A DNA stretch of 64,000 nucleotides from an uncultured delta proteobacterium. Lineage in GTDB: Bacteria; Myxococcota_A; Polyangia; Polyangiales; Polyangiaceae. The position numbers and the translations under genes are program-made. The stretch's first letter is position 1. Every line of letters begins with the position of its first letter. Under the pieces are notes generated by a model. It saw only the letters and a list, made by a program, of their open reading frames with translations. It searched no databases and was not told where the DNA came from. Shown piece after piece: positions 38,400 through 49,400 of the stretch. The stretch spans positions 192,001 through 256,000 of the forward strand of contig CAVOKF010000004.1 in NCBI GenBank assembly GCA_963696385.1, given 5' to 3'.

Positions 38400-38675
38400 G
38401 GCCGATCGTTCTCGAAGGGGCCTTCTTCGCTGCCAAAGACTTGGTCTTGGTCGGCCGAGGGGCTTTGGCGTCTTCCGGGCCGAAACTGCAACGAGAGGGG
38501 TCGTCTTGAGCGACGCCCAGAAAGATCGCCTGGCAAACGGGTCCCGGACGCGCGAAGGCGGCTGCGAAATCGTCCGATGGCGGCCGTTCGACTGCCGCGG
38601 AAACCGTGGCCCGCCGTGGCCGAGGCCGCCGCTCCCCGAGCATGGGTCCCCCTCTATTTCCTGCGGAAAAGCGAG

Positions 38676-38748
38676 TGGGCCATGATGGACTCGAACCATC
38701 AGCCAACGGATTAAGAGTCCGCTGCTCTACCAATTGAGCTAATGGCCC
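38676..38748 (-). tRNA. tRNA-Lys(CTT)
   Basis: GGGCCATTAGCTCAATTGGTAGAGCAGCGGA-CTCTTAA-TCCGTTGGCTGATGGTTCGAGTCCATCATGGCCCA; 73 nt. Confidence 0.96.
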
Positions 38749-38766
38749 TGCGCGCGGAAGGCAGCG

Positions 38767-38796
38767 CAGATAGCCCGCCGTGCCCCGGGGTGTCAA
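38767..38796 (-). promoter_or_regulatory. Sigma70-type promoter for tRNA-Lys
   Basis: Minus strand TTGACA-N18-TATCTG followed by a GC-rich discriminator. Confidence 0.55.
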
Positions 38797-38999
38797 GGAC
38801 GTCGGGCGAGCGGGCGAAGGGACTTCGACTTCGAGTCACGCCGTTCGCGTCGGAACGACAGCGCTTGCCGTGCGCGATCGGCAGCGGGCGGAAATGAGCT
38901 TTCGGACCCCGTTGCCTTCGGCAACGGCGCGCGACGCGCGCGTCCGGCTGCGACGGAAAAACGCGTAGAGCCTGGTCGGCTGCGTGGTAGAGACCGATC

Positions 39000-39704
39000 G
39001 TGCAGGCCGTCGTTCTCGCCGGTGGACTTGCGACACGGATGCACCCGCACACGTTGCGGGTGCCCAAATCGATGCTCGAGGTAGCGGGCCGCCCGTTCGT
39101 CGACTGGCAGATCGAGTGTCTCGCGCGATGGGGATTCGACGACATCGTCATGTGCATTGCCCATCTGGGCGACGCGATTCGGAGTCACGTCGGAGACGGT
39201 TCTCGCTTCGGCGTACGGGTGTCGTGGTCGGAGGAAGGGGTACGGCTGCTCGGTACAGCCGGCGCGTTGAGGAAGGCGCTTGGGCGGCTTGAACCGACAT
39301 TTCTGGTCACCTACGGGGACAGTTTTCTGCCGTTCGACTACTCGGAGCCGCTTCGCATCCTGCGCGATCACGACGACTGCGACGGGGTCATGGCCGTTTT
39401 CAAAAACGAGGGGAAATGGGACGCTTCCAACGTGCTCTGCGCCGGCGATTGGATCGCACGGTACGAAAAGGGGACACGCGACGCCGAGCTCGACCACATC
39501 GATTACGGCGCGACCGCGCTCCGGCGCAGCGTCGTGACGGCCTTGCCGGAAGGTCAGCCTTGCGGTCTCGACGCCGTGCAGCGTGACCTCGCCGCCCGGA
39601 AGCGCTTGCGAGCCTGCATGGCCCGTGAGAGGTTTTACGAAATTGGCTCGCCGGAGGGGCTGTCCGAACTCGATCGGTTTCTCCGTTCCCAAGCAATCTC
39701 ATGA
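39000..39704 (+). CDS. Sugar-phosphate nucleotidyltransferase (HddC-like)
   Basis: VLAGGLATRM, PKSMLEVAGRPF, LGTAGAL, YGDSFL; operon context. Confidence 0.85.
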   Translation: MQAVVLAGGLATRMHPHTLRVPKSMLEVAGRPFVDWQIECLARWGFDDIVMCIAHLGDAIRSHVGDGSRFGVRVSWSEEGVRLLGTAGALRKALGRLEPTFLVTYGDSFLPFDYSEPLRILRDHDDCDGVMAVFKNEGKWDASNVLCAGDWIARYEKGTRDAELDHIDYGATALRRSVVTALPEGQPCGLDAVQRDLAARKRLRACMARERFYEIGSPEGLSELDRFLRSQAIS

Positions 39705-40696
39705 TCGTTTCTCGCGCCCCCGTTCGTTTTTCGCTCGGCGGCGGCGGTACCGACCTGCCGAGCTACTCGCGCGAACACGGCGGTTTCGTGGTCGCGGCGG
39801 CCGTCGACAAATTTTTGTTCGTGTGCGTCGCCCGCCGCTTTTACGCCAATATCCGGCTGGCGTATTCGGAGACCGAGATTGTCGAGACCGTCGACGCGAT
39901 TCGACATCGCATCTTTCGCGAGGCCCTGCGCCTGACGGGCATTGCAGGCGGCGTCGAGCTCCACAGCCTCGCCGACGTTCCTTCGAACTCGGGCCTCGGA
40001 TCATCGAGTAGCTTCACGGTCGCTCTGCTCAACGGGCTGCACGCCTTCAAGCGCGAGTTCGTGTCGGCCGAGCAGCTCGCGCGCGAAGCCTGCCAGATCG
40101 AGATCGATGTCCTCCAGGAGCCTATCGGCAAACAGGATCAGTACATCGCGGCCTACGGCGGCATCAGCGCGATGACGTTCAATCGCGACGGGTCGGTCGA
40201 CGTCGAACGGCTCCCGCTCAAGGAAGAAGTCATCGACGAGCTCGAGTCCAACCTGGTCATCTATTATACTGGGGTTGAGCGCGCGGCGTCCTCCGTCCTG
40301 AAAGAGCAGGCGGCCGCCATCGTGGAAAACCGCGACGCGGCCGTTCAACGCATGCACCGCATCAAAGAGCTCGGCCGCGAGACCAAGCGCATTTTGCTGG
40401 CCGGAGAGCTCGACCAGTACGGCGAAATGTTGCACGAACACTGGACGAACAAGCGCAAGCTCGCCGCCAACATGACCGACTCGGCGATCGACGAGCATTA
40501 CGAGGCCGGCCGCAAGGCGGGCGCCATCGGCGGCAAGCTCATGGGCGCGGGCGGCGGCGGATTCTTCATGTTTTACGTTCGAGCGCCCGAGCGACGCCGC
40601 GTACACGATGTGCTCTGCGCGCGGGGGCTTCGTCCGCTGCGTTTTCGCTTCGACTTCGACGGCGCCCGCATCGTGGCCAACTTCCACAGGTCGTGA
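39701..40696 (+). CDS. hddA: GHMP kinase, D-glycero-alpha-D-manno-heptose-7-phosphate kinase-like
   Basis: APVRFSLGGGGTDLP, PSNSGLGSSS, GKQDQYIAAYGG, GGKLMGAGGGG. Confidence 0.88.
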   Translation: MIVSRAPVRFSLGGGGTDLPSYSREHGGFVVAAAVDKFLFVCVARRFYANIRLAYSETEIVETVDAIRHRIFREALRLTGIAGGVELHSLADVPSNSGLGSSSSFTVALLNGLHAFKREFVSAEQLAREACQIEIDVLQEPIGKQDQYIAAYGGISAMTFNRDGSVDVERLPLKEEVIDELESNLVIYYTGVERAASSVLKEQAAAIVENRDAAVQRMHRIKELGRETKRILLAGELDQYGEMLHEHWTNKRKLAANMTDSAIDEHYEAGRKAGAIGGKLMGAGGGGFFMFYVRAPERRRVHDVLCARGLRPLRFRFDFDGARIVANFHRS

Positions 40697-41295
40697 CGAT
40701 GTCCACGTTCAGCCAGATGTATCTCGACGAGAGCATCGAGATCATTCGCATGATCGACGTCGCCAGCATCGAGGCGGTCGCGGAGGGACTCGCCAAAATC
40801 CGTTCCCAGGGGCGCCTCTTCATCCTGGGCGTCGGCGGCAGCGCCGGGCATGCCGGGCATGCCGTCAACGACTTCCGGAAGATCTGCGGCTTCGAAGCCT
40901 ACGCTCCGACCGACAACGTGAGCGAACTCACGGCGCGCGTGAACGACGAGGGATGGGACACGTGCTTCGTCGAGTGGCTGCGCGGCTCGCGGCTGCGTTC
41001 GGACGACGGCGTGCTCGTCTTCAGCGTAGGGGGAGGCAACCGCGAGAAGAACGTGAGTGTAAACTTGGTGCGAGCGCTCGAGCTGGCGCGGTCGGTCGGC
41101 GCCAAGGTGTTCGGCATTGTAGGACGCGACGGGGGATTCACCAAGCAAGCGGCCGAGGCGTGCGTCGTCGTTCCGACGGTCGCGCCGGAACGCGTGACGC
41201 CGCACACGGAAGGGTTCGCCGCCGTCGTATGGCACTTGCTCGTGAGTCATCCCAAGCTTGCGCGCACCGCGACCAAGTGGGAGAGCGTGAAGTGA
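40693..41295 (+). CDS. gmhA: SIS-domain phosphoheptose isomerase
   Basis: GVGGSAGHAGH, LTARVNDEG, GIVGRDGG, PHTE; operon context. Confidence 0.82.
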   Translation: MTMSTFSQMYLDESIEIIRMIDVASIEAVAEGLAKIRSQGRLFILGVGGSAGHAGHAVNDFRKICGFEAYAPTDNVSELTARVNDEGWDTCFVEWLRGSRLRSDDGVLVFSVGGGNREKNVSVNLVRALELARSVGAKVFGIVGRDGGFTKQAAEACVVVPTVAPERVTPHTEGFAAVVWHLLVSHPKLARTATKWESVK

Positions 41296-41893
41296 CGCGA
41301 GTCGCGATCGTGGATCGCGATGGAACGATCATCGACCTCGTTCGCGACGAAGAGACGGGCACTATCTCGGTCGCGTTTCATCCCGACCACATCCGATTTC
41401 TCGCCGGATCGATCGACGGGCTGCGCGCGCTTCAGGACCGGGGATACCTGCTCGCCATCGCCACCAACCAGCCCGCGCCCGCGAAGGGCCAGTTCTCGGC
41501 GAACGCCGTGCACCGTACGAACGGTGCGCTGGTCGAGCGGCTGCGCGATCTGGGAATCGAAATCGCGGCCGTCGAGGTTTGCATGCATCACCCCGTGGGC
41601 GCTGCGGGCGGCGAGGCCGCCCTCATCCGAGCCTGCGAATGCCGAAAGCCGAGACCCGGAATGCTGAAGGCGATTCTCGGCCGACTGGGCGGCGACCGCG
41701 CGCACTCGTGGATGATCGGAGACTCGGCGGCTGACATCGAGGCGGGACGGGCCGCGGGGCTTCGGACCGGACTCGTGTTCGCCCCGAACCGGTGCGAACT
41801 TTGTCCCTGCGGGCCGGCCCGAGCTCACTGGGCCCCGACGCCGCCGGTGCCACATTGACCGACCTCTCCGCGGAGATCCTCGGTCACTCGTGA
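41292..41893 (+). CDS. gmhB: HAD-IIIA heptose bisphosphate phosphatase; probable 1-base deletion in CCC at 41805-41807
   Basis: DRDGTI, ATNQP, CMHHP, CECRKPRPGM, WMIGDSAADIEAG. The shifted frame gives the typical ending PDAAGATLTDLSAEILGHS*. Confidence 0.85.
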
Positions 41894-41936
41894 TCGGCGC
41901 ATGGTAAATGCTTGAGACGACGGCATTGGAGACCTC

Positions 41937-42596
41937 ATGGCCCTTTTCATCGACAGCTCCGACCCGAAGGAAATCAAGGACCTCTTCGCATGGGGCGTGC
42001 TTTCGGGGGTCACGACCAACCCGCTCATCATCGCGCGCGAAGCGCCGGACGCGGATCTCGGCGAGCGCATTCGCGAAGTCCTCTCCGTGAGCACGGGCGA
42101 CGTCTCGGTCGAGCTGACGACGGAGACCGAGAACGAGATGTTCGAGGAGTCGCTCGTCTATCACTCCTGGGACACGCAGCGAATCACGATCAAAGTGCCC
42201 TTTAGCGAGACGGGCCTCCGCGTCTTGCACCGATTGGTCAAACGGGGCATCAAAACGAACGTCACCTGCCTCATGGCGATGAACCAGGCCTATTTGGCCG
42301 CTCTCGCCGGCGCGACGTACGTGAGCATTTTCAGCGGTCGCGTACGCGATATGGGCTACGATGTCCGGCCGGTCATCGCCGCGACGCGGGCGGTGCTGGA
42401 TCGCGAAGGTTTGCGGTCGCTCATTATCGTCGGATCGGTACGGCACGTCATGGACGTCAACGAGGCGCTCGAGGCCGGCGCTCACGTGCCGACGGTAACG
42501 CCCCAGGTCATCCGCAAGATGGTGTGGAACCCGCGCACGATCGAAACGATCGCGGAATTCAACAACGCCTGGCGAGGTCGATCCAAGACCCGATAG
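41937..42596 (+). CDS. Short-type transaldolase / fructose-6-phosphate aldolase family protein
   Basis: LFIDS, GVTTNP, ITIKVP (Schiff-base Lys), TNVT, AGATYVSIFSGR, GSVR. Confidence 0.88.
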   Translation: MALFIDSSDPKEIKDLFAWGVLSGVTTNPLIIAREAPDADLGERIREVLSVSTGDVSVELTTETENEMFEESLVYHSWDTQRITIKVPFSETGLRVLHRLVKRGIKTNVTCLMAMNQAYLAALAGATYVSIFSGRVRDMGYDVRPVIAATRAVLDREGLRSLIIVGSVRHVMDVNEALEAGAHVPTVTPQVIRKMVWNPRTIETIAEFNNAWRGRSKTR

Positions 42597-42612
42597 GGGC
42601 CGACGCATCGGC

Positions 42613-45600
42613 TCACTTGCCCACCAGCACGTCGCGGGTCACGAGAGCGTCGGCGCTCTGCACGAAGGTCTGCCATCGCACGTATTCGTCGCCCGGTTGG
42701 ACTCGGCCGGAAGGCATGTCGATGACCCGATCGAAGTCGATCGCGTGTCCTCGGACGGCATCGTTGACGACCACGAACGCGTCGCCGTCGCGCCGCTCGG
42801 CGTGCGGAAGACCCGGGGGCAGCGTGGTGGATTGGGGCATCACGACGCGCACGCGGATCTCCGCGCGCCAGGACGTGCGACGCAGAAGTGCAGTCCGGCG
42901 AGTGGGCAACGCGGCGAGCTGCGCCAAAGGCGGCGCGAACGGCGGATGCACGGCGAGCCCCCCCGGCACCCGTTTGGCCAGTTCCGGCACGTCGACGCGC
43001 ACGTGCAATACAAGGGGCTTATCGAGGTCGGATGCCCCGACGGCCTTCAAGTCGCGCACGTGCGCGCCGTCGAACGAGGGCGCGATCACCTCGCGTTCGA
43101 CGAAGTCGTTGATCTTGGACTGGGGGACTTGATCGAGCGCCGTCCGCCACGCGATCGCGCGGTTTCCGTCGAACGTCAGGGTGAGATCCAAGACGGCCGA
43201 ACCGTCGTCGTGCACGTCGGCGCGTCCCTCGTAAGCGACGCGATCCGCGGCGGCGGGGGCACGCACGACGTCGCGCGGCGTACCGGCGACCAGTCGAATC
43301 GCCGTTTGATCGCGCCACTCGGCCGGGATGTAACCGAATGGAGCGAACTTGTCGCGCACCGTCATCCAACGTAGTCCTCGATCGGTCGTCAACCGCATGA
43401 CGAGCGCCTCGTACTGTTCGATTTCGCTCATGGGCCCCAGAGGCGGCATGGCCAGTCGACTTTTGACGAGTGCGAGCTCGCTGTCGATCCCGGCCATGCG
43501 GAGCAAATAGCGAAACGCGGCTTGCCGCGCGCCACTGCGCCCGGTCAGCACGCGCCGCCCGTCGGTTTCCTTTCCGTCCTGCACATGATCGAGCACCCAT
43601 CGGTAGAGTCGGCGCGCACGTTCGTCGCTCGCCCCCGGAGACATCCCCGCAACGATTTGCTGCTCGAGCGCGCGAAGCCGCGGATCGATCGGGGTCGGGT
43701 CGCCCACGAGGTCGACCAGGCGCGAAGCCGTCGCGTCAAGCGTCACGCCCCACCCGACGCGCACGCTCGGCAAGAACTCGGTCATCGGCGGACCGTCCGG
43801 CTCGATTTCAGCGGGAGGACTCAGGTCCACGCGCCATCGGTGCTCGACGAAGGTCCCGATCGGCACGACGTCCGGCGCGGGAACATTGCCGCGCGATTCG
43901 ACGTCGAGGTGTCGATCGGAGGGGGTGACGACCACGAACTCGCTCTGCCAGTACCCCTTGTCGGCCTCGCGAAAGAACCACTGCGGGCTTTGGTATTGGC
44001 GGCCTCGCGCACCGTCGCCCGCTTGCGAAGTGATGTGCTCGACCTCGATGAAGTCGCCGACCTCGACGTGCGGCAGGGTCAGCGTGGGCTTGCCCGCAAC
44101 CGGCTCGGGCTCGAACACGCGGCCATCTGGTTTGATGACCCTCAGGTGCAACACCAACCCCGTGGGCGACTCGGTCTCGGATTCCGCTTGGATCGCTTCC
44201 TGCGATTGGATCTTCTGGATCTCGTGTTCCAGCATCTCGCTGGAACCATCGTCGTGGACCCAGATCGCCGAGTAGTCGAGAACACGAGCGGCCGTGCCCT
44301 CGAGATGGTGACCCGCCCGCTCCCAGCGCTGGAAGGCAAGGACAATTGCGCGGCCATCCTGTCGAAACGGCTCGAGATCGGTCTTGCCTTCCACCAGGTC
44401 AATCGCCGCACGGATCTCTTCGGCGTTGGCGTTCGCCTGAAGCGCCGCCGCCAGGGCGCGGCGAAGTGCACCCGTATCGCCGCTCGCGTACTCGCGATCG
44501 GCCAGCCGAAAGCGAGCTTGCACGTCGCCCGGATGCTTGGCGAGTGCCTTGCCGAGTTGATCGGCCGCATCGCCCACGTTGCCGGAACGGGCGAGTACGT
44601 CGGCCAGCCGGTTTGCGATGTCCTTGCGATCCGGACGACGCGCCGCGAGCCGCTTCAGCTCGGCGATCGCGGCACTGTAATCGTGCCGCGCCAGCGCGCG
44701 ATCGATGGCCACCTGCGTGTCGGGCTCGAGGTCTTTGATGCGCGCGGCGACCTTGTCGGCGTCCCCCGCCGGACCGTTCTCGTCGAGAACGTCCAAGTAC
44801 GCATGGAGCGCGCCGACGTCGTCGGGAAACCGCCGCGTCAGATCCTCGAGTGCCCGCTGCTGGGCATCGCGCCAGCCCAGACGCGCGAAGACCTGGGCGA
44901 GCTGCTCGAGGGCCTCCGGCTCGTTCGGAACCTCTGCGACCAGCGTCCGAAGGCCTTCCACGGCGTCGGCCAGTCCGTGCTGTTCCGCCGCGTCGAGATC
45001 CGCGGCCAGACGAGCACGCCACAAGTGTGGGTCGCGAGCGAGCGCGCGGTCTCGAAGCGCACGCGCGCGCACGGATCGCGCATCCGGCGACCACGCCGGA
45101 TCTCCGGTCGCGAACATTGCGGCCATCTGCAGCGCGAGACCTGCCGCATCGGCCGGCTCTGCGAACGGCGCGATCAGGGTGGAGGCGACGTCGTCCATTT
45201 GATCGGCATGCGCCGCGTACGCCGCGAGCCATGCGTCGATCGGCGAGCGGATGGGCACGGTCGCTCCGGACGCGGCGGCGCGAACGGCCGCGTCGATCGG
45301 ATTCGGATCCGAGAGCACCGTCGGCGGCTTGACCTCGAACCCCGGACCCGCGTCGCCATCGGTCTCGAGCGCCGCGGCGGTTCCGTCCGGATTGAGCAGC
45401 CGCACGCTCGCAGCCGGTGTGACGGTTCGAGCGAGCACGCGGTGGCGCCCCTCGCCCACGAGCACGTGCGCGCCGAATCGCTGCCAGGACCCCCAATCGT
45501 CGGTGGCGCGCGAAAGCACGCGCGTGCCGTCGATCCACACGGCCACGGCGCCCTGAACGGAGACGAGCAGGTCGCGGTCGCCTTGCGTCTTGAAGTAGGC

Positions 45601-46413
45601 CTCGACGTAAAATACGCCCTCCGGCACTTGCTCGTCGGCCACGGCAAGGCAACGAGTCTGCGTCACGGCAAGGACTCGCGGAACGCTGCCGCGAACGGGG
45701 TCGGGGGGCCATGCCGCAGGCCAAGGCATCGCGTCTTCGGGCGCGAACGAGCGCGCCGCGTCGGGCACGACCCCATGGCCGAACGGTCCAGCGATCCGGA
45801 TCCCGCGGGCACAACCCATGCGGCGGACCACGTCGTCGTCGTACTCGGCGCCCGTTCTCTCGGCCTTGTCGTAGACTTCGATCGCTCGCCATTCTTCGAG
45901 GTCCGCGACGGCCCTCCAGCCGATATGGCCCGGCTGCGCGAGCAGCGCGTCGAACGCCGGCCGGTGCTCGGCAAACAGGTTGGCGACCGAATCGCGCAGC
46001 TGCATGAGATGACGCACGGCGAACCACGCGACGAGCGCCGCCTGCGAATCCATGCTGGCGGCCGTGGCGCGCAGCGCGCTCAAGTAGCCTTGCGCCGCGG
46101 AACGCGGATCGCCGTGCTCGTCGTCGAACACCGCGCGAGCCAGACTCGCCCACATGCCGTCGTGCGAGAGACCGTCGAGGCGGTGACGCGCAACCCGAGC
46201 CTGCTCGGCGCTTCCGCCCGGCGCCAGCATTTCGGACAAACCCCAGAGGCCGACGACTTCCGAGTCGATCGCGGTGCGCCCCGCGGGTCGGACGTCGCTC
46301 ACGAGAACCAAGGCGGGCCGGAGCGGCGGCCCACTGCACCCAACGGCCAACGCGACCGCCACGCTCACCAGCGCTCCCGCGAGACACCTGCCGGTCAACC
46401 CATCGCGCTTCAT
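42613..46413 (-). CDS. Large TPR/DUF3857/transglutaminase-like lipoprotein lacking the catalytic Cys and His
   Basis: AVG-C lipobox; TPR-like helices; VEVGDFIEVE; the transglutaminase-like region reads GRSGARQAA. ATG overlaps the upstream TGA. Confidence 0.75.
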   Translation of the reverse strand: MKRDGLTGRCLAGALVSVAVALAVGCSGPPLRPALVLVSDVRPAGRTAIDSEVVGLWGLSEMLAPGGSAEQARVARHRLDGLSHDGMWASLARAVFDDEHGDPRSAAQGYLSALRATAASMDSQAALVAWFAVRHLMQLRDSVANLFAEHRPAFDALLAQPGHIGWRAVADLEEWRAIEVYDKAERTGAEYDDDVVRRMGCARGIRIAGPFGHGVVPDAARSFAPEDAMPWPAAWPPDPVRGSVPRVLAVTQTRCLAVADEQVPEGVFYVEAYFKTQGDRDLLVSVQGAVAVWIDGTRVLSRATDDWGSWQRFGAHVLVGEGRHRVLARTVTPAASVRLLNPDGTAAALETDGDAGPGFEVKPPTVLSDPNPIDAAVRAAASGATVPIRSPIDAWLAAYAAHADQMDDVASTLIAPFAEPADAAGLALQMAAMFATGDPAWSPDARSVRARALRDRALARDPHLWRARLAADLDAAEQHGLADAVEGLRTLVAEVPNEPEALEQLAQVFARLGWRDAQQRALEDLTRRFPDDVGALHAYLDVLDENGPAGDADKVAARIKDLEPDTQVAIDRALARHDYSAAIAELKRLAARRPDRKDIANRLADVLARSGNVGDAADQLGKALAKHPGDVQARFRLADREYASGDTGALRRALAAALQANANAEEIRAAIDLVEGKTDLEPFRQDGRAIVLAFQRWERAGHHLEGTAARVLDYSAIWVHDDGSSEMLEHEIQKIQSQEAIQAESETESPTGLVLHLRVIKPDGRVFEPEPVAGKPTLTLPHVEVGDFIEVEHITSQAGDGARGRQYQSPQWFFREADKGYWQSEFVVVTPSDRHLDVESRGNVPAPDVVPIGTFVEHRWRVDLSPPAEIEPDGPPMTEFLPSVRVGWGVTLDATASRLVDLVGDPTPIDPRLRALEQQIVAGMSPGASDERARRLYRWVLDHVQDGKETDGRRVLTGRSGARQAAFRYLLRMAGIDSELALVKSRLAMPPLGPMSEIEQYEALVMRLTTDRGLRWMTVRDKFAPFGYIPAEWRDQTAIRLVAGTPRDVVRAPAAADRVAYEGRADVHDDGSAVLDLTLTFDGNRAIAWRTALDQVPQSKINDFVEREVIAPSFDGAHVRDLKAVGASDLDKPLVLHVRVDVPELAKRVPGGLAVHPPFAPPLAQLAALPTRRTALLRRTSWRAEIRVRVVMPQSTTLPPGLPHAERRDGDAFVVVNDAVRGHAIDFDRVIDMPSGRVQPGDEYVRWQTFVQSADALVTRDVLVGK

Positions 46414-49400
46414 CGGAGTTCGACCGTGGCCCGCTGACCCAATGCGCGGTCCACCTCTTCGCACCACGCGCGAAAGGCGGCGTAGTCGCGTGCCGCCACT
46501 CGCGTGCTCGTCAACGCCACGGACGTCTTGACCCGGATGAGGCCCGCGGCCGTCTCGACGCCCACCTCGTACGACCCGAAGGGGCTCGACGCTTTCGCCG
46601 GCGCCGGGGCGCTGCGGATCTTCGCCCCCGAAGGCAGTCGGACCGTCCAGTCGTCTTCGGTGGTCCACTGCGCATGCAGGCGCAGGTCGAGCTTGCGCGT
46701 CGTGAGCGACGCGAAGTCGCGAACCATGTGCTCTCGCCGCCCGACGGGAATGGTCACGGCATCGCCTTCCGGGCGCGAAAATTGTGGGGCTCGTCCGTGG
46801 ACACGCATCCGGATCGGCTTTTCGACGTCCTCGAAATTGCCTGCTTCGACGGCGGTCACTTCGGTCGCCGGTAGGATCGCGCCGAGCATTTGCTGGATGC
46901 GCGCCTTGCGCGTCGACTCGGCGTGAAACCGAACTCTCCACTGCGAAGCCTCGACGCCCGTCACGTCCGCGCGCCAATCGAGATCGGCGGATCCACCGAC
47001 TCCGAGCGTCACCTCGACTTTGTAGGAAGTGACGCTCGCGCTCGCGGGCGGATCCGGCAGGCGCACGAGGTTCGCGTGCCCTTCGTCGACCCGGAGCGCA
47101 ATCGCGCCGCGATCCATGGCGGGCAGCTCGACCGAGCCCGTATATTCGGCCGTACCGTCGAGATACAAGTTCAGTGAGGGCACGTACGCGATCATGTGGT
47201 CGAACGGTGCGAGGCTCGCGGGGGCGGTCTCGATGTCGCCCTTGTTCGCCGTGCGTACGACCACGGGTACGGCCTTGATGCCCAGAACGTCGAGCATGGT
47301 GACGATGAGAGTGGCCTTGTCTTTGCAGTCGCCGAACCCGCGCGCGAAGATCTGTGCGCTCCGGTAGGGTTTGTAGCCGTGAATGCCGAATTCCAGGGCC
47401 ACGTAACGCGTCTTTTGCACTACGTAGTCGTAAATGGCGCGCACCCTTGCCGCATCGTCTTTGAGCCCGCGGGTCAGCGCCTCGGCCCTCAACCGCACCT
47501 CGTCGTCCGGAATGAATTGATCTTTGACGAGTCCCCAGTACCAGCGTCCCATCTCGTCCCAGGTCTTGTACGTCGACACGTTCACGTGCCCGAGGACCTC
47601 GGCCCAGGCAGGTTGGAAGGGCTCTTGCTCCACGGCCGGGACGTCGAGCGCGACGAATCGATCGATGCGTTGATCGCCGAAGGCCTCCACGGAGTGTCGG
47701 ATCCCCGGAACCGCAGGGTCGTTGAAGTAAAACGTTCGTGACGCCGGGGTGATGAGAACGTACTCGGCCCGCGCGATCGGTTCCGCCCCTTGGAGGTACA
47801 CCACTTCACCGAAGTAGTCCGCGAACGCGTTGCGCGGTGCGACGTCTTCGACGCGGTATTGCAGCTCGACCACGTCGCCCGGCTCGAGGCGGGGAAAGCC
47901 GACGTGGAAGCTTCGGGTGCTGGTGTAGATCGCGAGTTCCGGGTCGTCGGCCATGCCTCCGGGGCCGCTCTCGACGGCCGTATCGACGCGACCGTCCTTT
48001 CGGTACACCCGCGCCGCGCGGATCTGAGCCGTCTGGCTGTCCGCCTCGTACGTGAATTCGTATTCGCGCGATTGCGCTGCCGCCGCCTCGGTCAGCGGCT
48101 GATAGACCACCTGATGGAATCGACTGGCGAGGCCATTCGGAAATACCGTCGTGACGCTCAGGTCGAGCAGCGATCGGCGTCCTCGGCCGGCCGCGTCCCG
48201 GTCCCGGTTGGCCAAGAACTCGGCCGCAGGTCGTGCGAACCGCTCGTCGGGCCGCGAGGTGGGGGGCCCGATGTGCGCGACCTGATCGCGGACATCCTTG
48301 GCCTGCGGCATCAGTTCGAGAACGCGGGTCAACAGCGCGAGCTCCTCGTCGCGCTCGCCTTGCACGCCGTAGACCGCGGCGAGCTGACGCATCACGTCGG
48401 TGTCGTCGGGTGAAATCTCGAGAGCGCTCCGATACGCGGCGATGGCGCGCGCGCGATCCCCCAGCCGCATCCAGGCCCCAGCCGCCGTGGCGAAACCTGC
48501 GGTGCTGCCCGGGTTCGTCGCCAGCAAGCGTTCGATCCAGTGGGCCGCGGCCGGCGCATCGCGGCGCGAGACGGCCACGTCGATTCGCGCCCGCAGGAGC
48601 GTGGGGTCGTCGAATCGTAGCGCGGCATAGCGATCGGCCGCCTCGTCGGCCTCCAACTCGCGGCCCTCTTGGCGCAACGCGGCGACGCTCGCGCGAAGAA
48701 GTCCGACGCTTCGGGGCCGCCGCGCCAGCGCCTTCTGGATGAGAGCGAGCGCCGTATCGTGGAGGCCGGCATCCTCGTAGAGGTCCGCCTTGGCAAGTAT
48801 CGCCGGCAGGTTGTCCGAGTCGAGCGCAAGAACGCGCTCGTAGTACGGTACCGAGTCTCGGGCGTTGACCCCGGCACGCAAGTAATTCGCGCGCGCCAGA
48901 AGGACCTCGATCGACTCCTGCCTGGAAGCGTGTCCCGCCGCGGCCAAGGCCTCGGCCCGATCGATCCAGGTGGCGCGCTGATTGCGACTTTCGGCGACTT
49001 CCCCCGCGAGCAAAAGCCGCTCAATGGTGGGCGACTTCTCCGCCGCTTTTCGGGCGAGCTCGCGCGCCCGGTGCTCGGTGGGGTCGTCGGCACCGGTCGT
49101 CTCCAAATAGCGGGCATATCCCTCGAGGACCGCGGGGTCGCCCGTCTGGACGAGTCGCTCGAAACTTTGAACCGGACCCTGTACCCCGCCGGAGACTCGC
49201 GCCTCGTCGCCGCCCGCAACCGCCGCGTCCTCCGGACTCGCGTGGCGCGGGTCGGGATCGACCTCGAGACGATCGTCGGGCGCGCCATCGAGCCCCGCGA
49301 TCCGGAGCGATAGCATCGGAGGGCGCTCGTCGCCGCAGACTTTGGCCGTTAGGCGGTTCCATCCGGGCCGCGACCCAACGGCAACGGCGAAGCGGTCCGA

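Noticed and set aside
38800..38990. Possible small RNA between tRNA-Lys and the heptose operon
   Set aside because: Only one short hairpin (CCGTTGC/GCAACGG); no recognisable family, promoter or terminator.
40608..41858. 416-aa ORF overlapping gmhA
   Set aside because: Only the part from GTG 41292 is GmhB-like; the rest is an off-frame reading.
43522..46437. Long antisense ORFs (also 11535-13436, 22316-24406, 55813-58179)
   Set aside because: Shadow ORFs opposite well-supported genes, expected in high-GC DNA, with no motifs.
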